A DNA stretch of 64,000 nt from the NCBI GenBank assembly GCA_002269645.1, contig NIVC01000061.1:1138610-1202609 (forward strand), given 5' to 3'. Origin of the DNA: Macrostomum lignano. Lineage: Eukaryota. The position numbers and the translations under genes are program-made. The notes beneath the pieces were generated by a model. It was not told the origin of the DNA. It was given only the letters and a program-made list of their open reading frames with translations, and did not search any database. Positions within the stretch are counted from its first letter, which is position 1; every line of letters starts with the position of its first letter. Below are positions 27,056 through 39,468 of this stretch, in pieces.

Positions 27056-27644
27056 CAAACAAAATGTCTAGATTCAAACCAAACATAGATCATATAATAA
27101 TTTCAAGCCAAGACAAAAAACGGAAAAAATACAGATTTAAGCTATTTGTATTAGTAAGCAGCGCAGTTATTGCTACTTATAAAGTTTCTCAAAAGCATCA
27201 GTTACTATCAGTAGTAAGATATTGTCGACGAAAATGTTTTATTTCAACAACGGGTGCGATAGAAAACAGCTTTTGCTAAGCAAAAAAAGAGAGATTAATT
27301 ATCCAGTAGTAGTAATTGACAGGTAGGTTTACATACTCAGAATCACAGACCACAAAGACGAAAGATTAATATAAAAATACTAAGCATTAGGCAGTAACGC
27401 ATTTTTACAAACTGCATAAAGGACAATTGTAAAAGTACTCTGACATAAAGCTTTTTAATATAAAATTGCCTAATTTACATATTTCATCACTCTCAAACTA
27501 ATAAAAAAGTGGTTTTATATAAATAATTGCTTGAACAACATTAATAACAAAGAACAATAGCTGCAATCCTATGCAAATAATTGCTACCGGCTTTGTGAAA
27601 CCTTTGACTAGATAAAAGTACGGGTGCCTTGCCAGTATTCATCA

Positions 27645-28218
27645 TGACTATGGCGCCAAATGGGTCATGATGGCACCCAATTGGTCATGATGGGGCCAAA
27701 TGGGTCATAGTAAGACCAAATTTGTCATGAGGGCGCCAAATGGGTCATAGTAAGACCAAATGGGTCATGAGGGCGCCAAATGGGTCATAGTAAGACCAAA
27801 CGGATCATGATAGCGCCGAATGGGTCATGATGGCGCCAAATGGGTCATAGTAAGACCAAAGGGGTCATGATGACGCCAAATGAGTCCCGATGGCGCCAAA
27901 TGGGTCATGATGGCGCCAAATTGGTCATGATGGCGCCAAATGGGTCATAGTAAGACCAAATTGATCATGATGGCGCCAAATGGGTCATAGTAAGACCAAA
28001 TTGGTCATGATGGCGCCAAATGGGTCATAGTAAGACCAAATGGGTCATGAGGGCGCCAAATGGGTCATAGTAAGACCAAACGGATCATGATAGCGCCGAA
28101 TGGGTCATGATGGCGCCAAATGGGTCATAGTAAGACCAAAGGGGTCATGATGACGCCAAATGAGTCCCGATGGCGTCAAATGTGTCTTGATGGCGCCAAA
28201 TGGGTCATGATGGCGCTG
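27645..28218. repeat. 20 bp minisatellite ATGATGGCGCCAAATGGGTC alternating with ATAGTAAGACCAAA variants
   Basis: FLOT2-GCPII spacer. Confidence 0.9.
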
Positions 28219-28559
28219 AAAAGTCTTTTAGTAGTGCCAATTCTTTTAAACTGGTACCAAGTGGCTTTTAGAGGTGCCAAAACTTAAGTCTTAGGTTTCG
28301 GGAAATTAAAACGTCGCCTTATTGATAGTAATTGTATTCAACACAACAAAAAGTTTAACATAGAAAAGCATGCTTAGTACGCTCGTAATATTTTTTCAGT
28401 AAGGGACAATGTCTCGGCGGAGGAACTATAGAGCAATCTCTTGAATTCTCTGCTCAGATATAATGTTCACGAAAACTTTAAAAAATTCACCGTATGCGTT
28501 AGCCGTGCGTTTAACAGAGTTGGGTGCCTCTTGAAGAATATTCACATTCGAAAGTCACG

Positions 28560-28928
28560 GAGGTTAAGGGTGGAGGTCCCGAAGGTTGGAGGTCCCGAAG
28601 GTTGGAGGTCCCGAAGGTTGGAGGTCCCGAAGGGTGGAGGTCCCGAAAGTTGGAGGTCCCGAAGGTTGGAGGCCCCGAAGGGTGGAGGTCCCGAAGGTTG
28701 GAGGCCCCGAAGGGTGGAGGTCCCGAAGGTTGGAGGCCCCGAAGGGTGGAGGTCCCGAAGGTTGGAGGTCCCGAAGGTTGGAGGTCCCGAAGGGTGGAGG
28801 TCCCGAAGGGTGGAGGTCCCGAAGGGTGGAGGTCCCGAAGGGTGGAGGTCCCGAAGGTTGGAGGTCCCGAAGGCTGGAAGTCCCGAAGGTTGGAGGTCCC
28901 GAAGGCTGGAAGTCCCGAAGGTTGGAGG
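28560..28928. repeat. 16 bp minisatellite GGTGGAGGTCCCGAAG
   Basis: FLOT2-GCPII spacer. Confidence 0.95.
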
Positions 28929-29088
28929 TGCAGAAATCATCTGGTTGAGAGTTGAAACACTGCAGGTCGAGACAGTTAGAGGCTAAATACCATTGAGGAT
29001 GGCATTAATCCTTCAAATTACAAAATCGTGTCCAGAAAAATTCCTCAAAGAAACTTATCGCCCCCAGGCCAGGATTCGAACTACGCAC

Positions 29089-32000
29089 CTACGCGGTCTG
29101 TAGGCCGGCCAGTTTTCCTACGGCGCCGCTCACGTCGACTCCGGTGAGGGCCTGCACGGCCGGCGGCAGGTTGCTCAGCAGGCGGGACACCTCCGAGGTG
29201 GTGCGGTCGTCGCCAAGGACCACAATTTCGTCAATCTTGGACAGCGGGGCGGCCACTTCGGCGGCCACGCGCGGCAGAGCCTCCAGGCTCATCTCCAGGA
29301 TGGCCGCGTCGCCGTAGGCTCGGTAGGCCGCCGCCTTCAGCCGCATCTCCTCGGCTTGGGCGCGGCCGACGGCGCCAATCGAGGCGGCTTCGGCAGCACC
29401 GCGGGCGCGGATGGCCTCGGCCTCGGCCTGCGCCACCTTGACCCGGCGGAAGCGTTCGCCTTCGGCCACGGTTTGCACCTGCGGAGTGGCGAATGGCAGT
29501 CTGGTGCGATCCGGTGTGATCTAGTGTGATATAGTGTGATCTAGTGTGATCTAGTGTGATCTAGTGTGATCTAGTATGATCTAGTGTGATCTAGTGTGAT
29601 CTAGTATGATCTAGTGTGATCTAGTGTGATCTAGTGTGATCTAGTGTGATCTAGTGTGATCTAGTGTGATATAGTGTGATCTAGTGTGATCTAGTGTGAT
29701 CTAGTGTGATCTAGTGTGATCTAGTGTGTTCTAGTGTGATCTAGTGTGATCTAGTGTGTTCTAGTGTGATCTAGTATGATCTAGTATGATCTAGTGTGTT
29801 CTAGTGTGATATAGTGCGATCTAGTATGATCTAGTGTGATCTAGTGTGATCTAGTATGATCTAGTGTGATCTAGTGTGATCTAGTGTGATCTAGTATGAT
29901 CTAGTGTGATCTAGTGTGATCTAGTGTGATCTAGTGTGATCTAGTGTGATCTAGTGTGATCTAGTGTGTTCTAGTGTGATATAGTGTGATCTAGTGTGAT
30001 CTAGTGTGATCTAGTGTGATCTAGTGTGATCTAGTATGATCTAGTGTGATCTAGTGTGATCTAGTGTGATCTAGTGTGATATAGTGTGATCTAGTGTGAT
30101 CTAGTGTGATCTAGTGTGATCTAGTGTGATCTATCGAGCATGTACATGTCCGCCTTTTCGTGTATCAATCTACGAATTTCCCTGACCTTGAAGGCCTCGG
30201 CCTCAGCCGGCCGCCTGATGCTGCCGTCCAGCTCCTTCTCGTTGCGCACAATTTCTTTCTCCTCGATTTCGATCAGCTTGCGCTTCTCGCGCACCTCGAT
30301 TTCGATTTCCTCGGCGCGAATCTTCTGGCGCTCCTTGGCGCCCTGCAGGCTGTAGGCCAGCTCGGACTCCGCCTTGGCCTTGTTCACCTGCGGTTCCAAG
30401 GCGGTGCTGGTGCCGTGAGCCCGGCCACAATGACCCCAGTTACCCTGGTCCCAATGATCCCCAGTTACCCCGGTCCCAATGATCCCCAGTTACCCCGGTC
30501 CCAATGATCCCCAGTTACCCCGGTCCCAATGATCCCCAGTTACCCCGGTCCCAATGATCCCCAGTTACCCAGGCCACAATGACCCCAGTTACCCCGGTCC
30601 CAATGATCCCCAGTTACCCCGGTCCCAATGATCCCCAGTTACCCCGGTCCCAATGATCTTCAGTTACACAGGCCACAATGACCCCAGTTACCCCGGTCCC
30701 AATGACTCCAGTTACCCAGGCCACAATGACCCCAGTTACCCCGGTCCCAATGATCCCCAGTTACCCCGGTCCCAATGATCCCCAGTTACCCCGGTCCCAA
30801 TGATCCCCAGTTACCCCGGTCCCAATGATCCCCAGTTACCCCGGTCCCAATGATCTTCAGTTACCACGGTCCCAATGATCTTTAGTTACCCCGGTCCCAA
30901 TGAGCTTCAGTTACCCAGGTCCCGATGACCTTTAGTTACCCCGGTCTCAATGACCCCCAGTTACCCCGGTCCCAATGATTCTCAGTTACCCCGGTCCCAA
31001 GGATCTTTAGTTACCCCGGTCCCAATGATCTCCAGTTACCCCGGTCCCAATGACCCCAGTCACCCCGGTCCCAATGACCCCTAGTTACCCCAGTCCCAAT
31101 GATCTCCAGTTACCTTAGTCCCAATGACCCCCAGTTACCCCGGTCCAAGTGACCCCCTGTTACTCCGTTTACCCTGGTGGGCACAAACCTCGGTGTCAAA
31201 GGCGGCCTTCTTCATCTGGAACTGTCTGGCGCTGTCAGCGATCTGCGAGTCGGCGACGTACTTCACGTCCAGGCGAGCCCGCTCGGACTCGGCCTCCTTG
31301 ATGCCGGCGTCCCGCTCCGCCTGAGCCACCCCGATGTCGGCGTCACGCTTGACGTTGGCCACCTGGGTGCGGCCGAGGCTGTTGAGGTACTCGACCTTGT
31401 CGTAGACGTCCTTGATGGTGAAGGACAGAATCTCGATGCCCATCCGGCCAACATCCGGAGCGGCCATCTCGCGAACCAGATCGGCGAAGCGGTCGCGATC
31501 CTTGTAGATGGACTCCACCGACAGGGTGCCGAGGATGGCGCGCAGGTGGCCCTCCATGGTCTGCAGGATTGAGTTCTCGATTTCTCGGCGACTTTTGCCC
31601 AGAAACTGTTGGCAGGCAGTCTGCAGCAGCTCGCTGTCCGTCATCACCTTGATCTGGGCCACGCCTTTGGGGGTTTCGGGAGATTGGGTATAGTGTTGAG
31701 TACTATATGCTTTTTAAAGGTGACAAAAGTCTTTAATGCTTTTCCTCATAAGCTGTTGAAAAGCCATTAACCTGATGTTAACCAAACCATTAAGGTAATA
31801 AAGGTAAATTGGAATCACGGATCGCTAAGTATCGTGGAACCCTAAGGAGTATCATATGGATCCTAATTAGTATCGTGGATCCCTAATTAGTATCGTGGAA
31901 CCCTAATCAGTATAATGGATCCCTAATTAGTACCGTGGAACCCTAATCAGTATCATGGATCCCTAATTAGTATCGTGGAACCCTAAGGAGTATCATGGAT

Positions 32001-34629
32001 CCCTAATTAGTATCGTGGAACCCTAATCAGTATCATGGATCCCTAATTAGTATCGTGGAACCCTAATCAGTATCATGGATCCCTAATTAGTATCGTGGAA
32101 CCCTAAGGAGTATCATGGATCCCTAATTAGTATCGTGGAACCCTAAGGAGTATCATGGATCCCTAATTAGTATCGTGGATCCCTAAGGAGTATCATGGAT
32201 CCCTAATTAGTATCGTGGATCCCTAATTAGTATCGTGGAACCCTAATCAGTATCATGGATCCCTAATTAGTACCGTGGAACCCTAATCAGTATCATGGAG
32301 TCTTAATGAATATTGCAGAACCCTAGTTAGTGGTGATGCTCTTTAAGACCTGTACACAGTGTTGTGGATTCCGAGTAAGCTTCATGAACCTCTAGTCAGA
32401 GCCATGGACCCCTAATTTTAGACCATCAGGCAAGCCCAGTTGACAGCTGCCTCACCAGTGACCGTGACCGGCACGCCCTCGGATGTTTCCACATTCTCGC
32501 ACACCGGAGTCAGCGTCATCACTTCCAGCGTCAGCCTGCGCAAAAGTAGATTGCAACAGTAGAGTCCATAATGGAATAGAAGCACTATAAAATATGCTTC
32601 AGATACTACTGTCAGCTCACGTTTGAACTTCGGTGACCCACCACCAGGCCCAGCCCCAACCGCCGATCACGGTACGAACGGACTGATCGCCGCAGCAGCC
32701 ACCTGAGTGATGAGGCAGATATGGGGCGGATTAAACAAATTCTAGGTACTTAAAGACACATGCGTTGCTAAGGAACGACAAATTAGCCTGGGATGAATTA
32801 AGTTAGCTATAAATAGACAAAGTCAATAGAGGGTTTTATTATTCACCCGCTCACAGCCCAGCTAGTCCGGTATGCAAACCGGTTGTCATGGCAACCCGAC
32901 TGCAGGTAATCTATTAAAGCCCTACGTGAGCGCACACACACACACACACACAGCAAACTCTTGCTCTGATTGTGTGGACGCAGATGCTTTGAGAGCAGGG
33001 GGAAGTAAGCATTGCTACCCTTCGGCACAGCAAAGCTTAGCAAACAGAGAAGTAATGAGAGGGGGCTGAGGCCTGCTCTTCGCTCCATGCGGATGAACAG
33101 AGACGGGGGCAATGAACGGCAAGTGTTTTGGATTTCTGAATGCTTCTTTCCGAAGGTGCCAATTGAAATCATGGGTTTAACCATGGGCAAAATGCATTGG
33201 CAACTGGGATTTTATTAGGCGTCAGAATCCCAAGATTCCAGATTCCAAAGTTTTTTTTAACTCAACATTAAAGCAGCTTCATTTGTGCTACTGAACGGAA
33301 AGATCTATTTGAAGATATCGTCTGCAGGCAGCAGTCACCGCCCGCAGACGATGTACTCCGCTATGCCAAGATACATTTGACGCATGGCACCGAAAGACGG
33401 CGGCAGCAGGGAAGAGAAAAAATGTGGAAAATCGATACTCCAGAATGCTGTCGCCTGAGCTGGCTAAAAATAGGCACAGCAGTGTACTCTGCCCATTTCG
33501 CTGAGCTGCAAAAGAAGATCGCTCCCACCAGGCACCCCGCTTCCCTCGCAATTCATCCCAGACCTCGCAGTCTTTCTCTGCCCCAGTTTTCCTCACCCAC
33601 TCACTGCTCAAGGCTCAGCAACCGTTGCTGAAGTGCGCTGGCACCCCATTTGGCTTGAGCTCTCACTGCCTCTCTCCTGCCCGCTACCACCGAGTCTCAA
33701 CTGTCACGGAGAGGGAGATTTTGACCAAGGACGCGGTGACGATTCGCCTGCGCAAATAATGCTCCTATCTCTAACAGATTAGCAACTATTGGTAACACTA
33801 TTAATATTAATAGCAGGAGTATATAGGCTCAGTAAGTCCACTATATCATAAAGAATATTTCCCTCAGTTTGTTGAAATATCAGGGACTTAATATAATCGG
33901 TTTTAAACAAAGGAGATCTGCTCAGAACAAAGTTTAAATTTCGTAAATGCATGAGATAAAACTATGAGTGACATCATTTTAGAAGTTTTGTGTTTTTCTA
34001 CACAAAGTTTTAATTTTGATATCATAGTTGATAAAGGCAAAAAGTGCAAAATATTTCATGTAAAGTGTATTTGACTAGCAAATTCATGTAGATAGTATAT
34101 ATTGAAAGTCAAGTATGAAATAATGAACCAACAATGAAAGTGTATTCTTAAATACAATATTTTTGAATAAGTTTTATTCGTCTTTAAGGCAGAATTACAC
34201 TTGTAGCTACCAAAATACTAAATAGCTCTTCAAAATTGTCATATATACTTCAAAAATGCTTTCCAATAGTAGACTACTAATCTGCTTATGCTTCAAACCA
34301 TTCACACATATTTTAAACTAATAAATAAATAAACGAATCCTTCATAAAAAATAGACAGCATAAATGATACTATAAACTCCAAACTACTTGAAAATGTCAA
34401 AAAACACGATTAATTAACTTAATTATTAAGACCCGAACATATTTAGTAATATGTACTAAATTCTTCATTAAAAAATACTCATTATTAGGCTTCAGTTACT
34501 TCCTAATCATCAAATTTTTACCGCTCTAAAATACATAAATGAAATCAGTCAATCAAAAAGAAAGGTTTGATATTGCTTACCTGAAATTACTAGTGCTTCA
34601 TTTGGTCCAACAGTATGAATGTTTCCCAT
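29089..34629 (-). CDS. FLOT2: Flotillin-2 (reggie-1)
   Basis: Exons 34629-34581, 32702-32621, 32535-32456, 31664-31189, 30387-30187, 29478-29089 total 1278 nt (425 aa). N-terminus MGNIHTVGPNEALVISGGCCG is the flotillin-2 signature, followed by the SPFH domain (LEVMTL, EGHLRAILGTL, DVGRMGIEILSFTIKD) and EA-rich flotillin coil. Confidence 0.97.
29512..30133. repeat. 10 bp satellite CTAGTGTGAT
   Basis: FLOT2 intron 30186-29479. Confidence 0.97.
30420..31165. repeat. 25 bp minisatellite GATCCCCAGTTACCCCGGTCCCAAT
   Basis: FLOT2 intron 31188-30388. Confidence 0.95.
31825..32325. repeat. 20 bp minisatellite TATCATGGATCCCTAATTAG / TATCGTGGAACCCTAATCAG
   Basis: FLOT2 intron 32455-31665. Confidence 0.93.
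32764..32895. promoter_or_regulatory. Two RFX X-box-like motifs in FLOT2 intron 1
   Basis: GTTGCTAAGGAAC at 32764-32776 and GTTGTCATGGCAAC at 32882-32895 vs consensus GTTNCCATGGNAAC. Confidence 0.55.
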
Positions 34630-36155
34630 TTTCGTAGTTGTGTTTTCTTTTTATTTATTTTTTTAATAATTGCTTTATTTTAATAGAAAGAACAGACTTG
34701 CAGTCTCAGCCTCAGGTCCGCGCTTAGCGACGGCCACTACTTATTTATTGCACTGCGATGAAATCAAAAGAAGTAAATTATCGAATATCACGCAGTTAAA
34801 AACTAATTAATTGAAACTTTTATTTAAAAAAAAGGATGAAATTTTTTAAGAAGATCTTTATCGCCCACATTATGTTTTGTTCTTTTTTCTCTTGTTTTAC
34901 TGTTATAAAATAAGCTAAAACTGTACGAGCAGTACCGTTAATAAAGTTATGGTCCACTAAAGAAGAAACGCTATCAAAACTATTTTTTAAGATATCAAGT
35001 ACGAATCATTAAGTAACTACGAGTAGAAAAGTAAAAATTCTCTCTTTTATGAAGTAAGTTTATCGTCTGTTGAGCTTTGTCGAGTACTCCAATTAAACCC
35101 AAATTAAAATACTACAGATGTCAGTATAAAATATCGGGCGTCGTAACAATGTTTCGATAAGTACACCACGCACGTAGTACATGTAAATCATATAGTACAG
35201 CTAGTATTATTATAGTATTATAAAAATACACATTATAATTATCTACAATGTAATTAGCTCGTAGCTGATGATAGCCTGCTGCATGAGGTCCTTTCCTTAA
35301 ACTTAAACGTGAAACTATCATGTAGTTGAAATCGATTTGCAGTTTAAGCCCCGACTCTGTCTAGTGCTTAGTTAAAAATCAGTCTTGCTACGCATGATAG
35401 CTCTAACGTGGCAAATCCTGCTACATTAATTTAATGGAAGCCTTGAATGCTTTCGCATGCCCACTTACTTCGATCGTTTTGATCAATAAGTAAATTCAAG
35501 AATGCGAACAAGTCACATCGATATACATGTACGAGTAAATAAGTTTGATACATATTCATTCAATCCTACAACTGGTGTACAATAAAGTGAGAACGAAAAA
35601 GTTCTCATGAGGGTTTCGGAGAAAGTGCTCAGGCTGAGCTACATGAATACTTGAGCAAAAAACATACAGGCACACTTGGTGTTCATATACGCTCGTAAAT
35701 ACCTTTGAAGTTTCATTAAATTTGAGCTGATTGCACGTTCTGTACATGTATCCACACTGTAATAATCAGATCGAAGTTGCCAAACCGATAATTATATCTA
35801 TCCAATGCATGTGCACTTTATAAGATTGTCAAAATACAAGCATACGCTTTGCATTTCAGACTAATTGGCAGCACTATAACCCGGTGTGAACAACACTTAT
35901 CTTTAGTCTATGGCGAAAGTCTAATTTTCACTTAGAAACAACGCTTCCAGACACTCAATGCTTTGCTTGCCTTGCCCCCCAGCTTCCTACCGTAGCAAGT
36001 ACAGTGAAAATCATTTTGCCCAGAGCAAGAATTTGAACTTTTTAGGCCACTTGCAGTTCGCAGCAGAACATCTCTCTACAAGGCGAAAGTAAGCCGCAAA
36101 CGGAAGTAGCCATTCACGCGTGGTGCTCCAGCTAACTAACAACTTCCGTAACAAA

Positions 36156-37181
36156 ATGTCTATTAACGAAGAATCGAAGCAGGCTTACCTCGAGGCGCGC
36201 GAAGTCTTTGTCGAGTCTTACAAAGACTTTCTGCGCAAACTGCTTGGCCTGCTGTACGACGCCGAGGCAGCGGACGAATTCGCTCACGCTCGCGACGATG
36301 TCAGCCGCTTCGCCGATGAAGTGAAGGTCCTGCAGAGCCACATCGATGACTACATGACGGAGGAGCAGCGGGTCGGCGGCTCTCCTTCCTCGTCGGCCAC
36401 TCCTCGGGGAATCTCCAGCGAGGTGGATCGAGCCTCCAGCCCGGGCGAGCAGCAGGAGCCGGCGACGCAACACCCGACTGAGGACGATTCGACGCCAGTG
36501 CCGCTGCTGGGCACCGGCATGCACACAACCACCAGCGATCAGGAGCAGCAGAAGTCCACAACGTCCAAGTCCAAAGAGTCTTCGCACGAATCTGCTGACG
36601 AGATGGCGGCCGAGGTCGAGTCGGCCCCGTCCCAGGTGTCTCCGGAGCCAGCTGACGAAGCTCCGGTGGTGCTGCCGCCTCCGCTGATCGACGATGGCCG
36701 CGTCGTATCGGCGTTCTGCGCCTTCCGCTACCACAAGGCCGAGTTCCGCCAGCTGTTCATGCGGCAGGGCAGCAACAACAACAGCTGCTACAACGGCCTC
36801 GCAACCGCACTGTCGCTGTCGTCGACGAACTCGACGGTGTCAGCCGTGGACAGCGCCGAACAGTCGCTGCTGTCGCCGCCGCCGCCTGATTGGGTGGGGC
36901 CGCTGGCCCACTGCGCCCTGCGCCTGATGCGCTCCGCGTTTCGTGACGCCCCGCCGGAGGCGTGGGAGTCGCTGAAGCGCCGACTGGCCAGCTTCGGCTT
37001 CAAGCCGGAGGTGCACTTCGCGCTCTGGCTGCGGCTGTCCTCGGCGGCGGCCGACACCGACGCGGCCGCTATGGACCCCGTCGAGGTGTTCAACGCCATC
37101 CCGCCGCTGTCTAGCCTGCCGAAACGGCTCGCCGCGGAGACCGAAGTCATGCTGCAGACGCTGAACCTGCTCAGCCAATGA
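36156..37181 (+). CDS. Hypothetical intronless protein, 341 aa (helical N-terminus, acidic/Ser-rich linker, helical C-terminus)
   Basis: ATG at 36156 (AAAATG) with an open frame to TGA 37181. GC-rich with coding-like GC3 against AT-rich flanks; divergent from FLOT2. No family recognised. Confidence 0.7.
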   Translation: MSINEESKQAYLEAREVFVESYKDFLRKLLGLLYDAEAADEFAHARDDVSRFADEVKVLQSHIDDYMTEEQRVGGSPSSSATPRGISSEVDRASSPGEQQEPATQHPTEDDSTPVPLLGTGMHTTTSDQEQQKSTTSKSKESSHESADEMAAEVESAPSQVSPEPADEAPVVLPPPLIDDGRVVSAFCAFRYHKAEFRQLFMRQGSNNNSCYNGLATALSLSSTNSTVSAVDSAEQSLLSPPPPDWVGPLAHCALRLMRSAFRDAPPEAWESLKRRLASFGFKPEVHFALWLRLSSAAADTDAAAMDPVEVFNAIPPLSSLPKRLAAETEVMLQTLNLLSQ

Positions 37182-37696
37182 GCAGCTCGCTGAGCATACG
37201 AAACGAACCAACTGCTTGGTGAAAAGCATCTGAAAGAACAGCCAAAGTACTTTCCTGTGCGCATTTTTTTAATTTTGTAACTCTCCATTCCAACTTTCGC
37301 TGCCTTTCCAGAGCAGCTCTCCTGCACTGACAGCTCTTGACCCTTGCCTTGGCCAGACAGAATAAAATCACTGCAAACTGCTGGCTCGCTGTTCCTTTTA
37401 GTCAGACCAAAACGGCAGATAATTCCAGCAAACCAGTGAGATCAGATTTTAGTCTCGTTAATGCTTTCAGTACTAGTTATTTTCGTTTAAGATAACACAG
37501 CTGACCCGACTAAACTGGAACGCCGTTGCTGGGCAATATATTTTCGTATCCAAAAAAAGCGACTTTTGAGCGACTTTAAATTAATTTTTACTAAAAATGT
37601 GACGAATATTTGCTTTGAGTCGAGGATTGAGCTGAAAAATGATTTAATTTGAATTTGGCCATAAAATTCATGCGGGAACTTTCTTCCTCCCACCTT

Positions 37697-38830
37697 GCTG
37701 CTCTACAGACGATCTTTCTGCTCTACAGACCACCTTTCTGCTCTACAGACGATCTTTCTACTCTACAGACCATCTTGTTGCTCTACAGACAATCTTGCTG
37801 CTCTACAGACCATCTTGTTGCTCTACAGACGATCTTTCTACTCTACAGACCATCTTGTTGCTCTACAGACGATCTTTCTACTCTACAGACCATCTTGCTG
37901 CTCTACAGACCATCTTGTTGCTCTACAGACCATCTTGTTGCTCTACAGACGATCTTTCTGCTCTACAGACGATCTTTCTGCTCTACAGACCATCTTGTTG
38001 CTCTACAGACGATCTTTCTGCTCTACAGACCATCTTGCTGCTCTACAGACCATCTTGTTGCTCTACAGACCACCTTGCTGCTCTACAGACGATCTTTCTA
38101 CTCTACAGACCATCTTGTTGCTCTACAGACAATCTTGCTGCTCTACAGACGATCTTGCTGCTCTACAGATCATCTTGCTGCTCTACAGACCATCTTGCTG
38201 CATTACAGATCATCTTGTTGCTCTACAGACAATCTTGCTGCTCTACAGACCATCTTGTTGCTCTACAGACGATCTTTCTACTCTACAGACCATCTTGTTG
38301 CTCTACAGACGATCTTTCTACTCTACAGATCATCTTGCTGCTCTACAGACCATCTTGTTGCTCTACAGACCACCTTGCTGCTCTACAGACGATCTTTCTA
38401 CTCTACAGACGATCTTGCTGCTCTACAGATCATCTTGCTGCTCTACAGACCATCTTGCTGCATTACAGATCATCTTGCTGCTCTACAGACCATCTTGCTG
38501 CTCTACAGACCATCTTGCTGCTCTACAGACCATCTTGCTGCATTACAGACCATCTTGCTGCTCTACAGACCATCTTGCTGCATTACAGACCATCTTGCTG
38601 CTCTACAGACCATCTTGCTGCATTACAGACCATCTTGCTGCTCTACAGATCATCTTGCTGCTCTACAGATCATCTTGCTGCTCTACAGATCATCTTGCTG
38701 CTCTACAGATCATCTTGCTGCTCTACAGATCATCTTGCTGCTCTACAGATCATCTTGCTGCTCTACAGATCATCTTGCTGCTCTACAGACCATCTTGCTG
38801 CTATACAGATCATCTTTCTACTCTATAGAC
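37697..38830. repeat. 20 bp minisatellite CTCTACAGACCATCTTGCTG
   Basis: Between the orphan ORF and the RING gene; the source of the three long spurious ORFs at 37649-38868. Confidence 0.97.
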
Positions 38831-39468
38831 TACGACGAGGGTACACATATCTAGAGGTAGAGCTTTAAACCTCGGAGGAATATTGTTACAACGTCTTGAT
38901 TCGCCCACTAAATACTGAATCGAACTTTATCGAACTATATCGAACTCGAAAACGCACAAATCAATGTACAGCTGCATGGTTGATGGTTCCCCGATTTGAG
39001 CAGTTTTTGGCCCGCTTAGCTACTGGTGATAACGTGAACAGGCCTTGTAACAACTGCAACACAGAAAAAATTGAATTTAAAGGAACGAATGCTCATAACT
39101 CGCAGACTAGGTACAGTACTAAATTGCTCAATGCACATTTGGCTAAGAATTTGGTGAAGAGCGTACGCTAGAGTGAACGCTTGAGGTACACCGCTAAACA
39201 GAACTGCATATGTGCAGTTTATTATCTGTTTCCAGCTGCAGTGCATGCACTAAAGAGTGTTGGCTGCGGCTGGGGTGAATAAGAGAAAGAACCACCCGTC
39301 CAGAGTGCATGGGTAGTTAAATAAGGCACATTGATCTCACTGTCCATATGTTTTTGTCGAGGCTGTACAATTCTCCAGCTATTATTAGTCGTGACAAAGC
39401 CACTCGTACTGTAGATATGCAGCAGACAACAGACCAGTTGCTGTAGCGGTCGGGTGAAATCTGCCACC

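Noticed and set aside
29055-29085. tRNA/SINE-like B-box GTTCGAATCC after the FLOT2 stop (minus strand)
   Set aside because: No A-box or cloverleaf could be built; too short to call.
26324-29094. In-frame FLOT2-GCPII fusion protein by splicing
   Set aside because: The donor that skips the FLOT2 stop (GC|GTAGGT) is phase 2 and the GCPII acceptor at 26325 is phase 1, so the frames do not match.
33600-33650. Alternative FLOT2 first exon starting MGCQRT
   Set aside because: An in-frame TGA occurs before the available GTGAGT donors.
37649-38868. Three 350-400 aa ORFs
   Set aside because: They are translations of the 20-bp tandem repeat in all three frames, with no coding signal.
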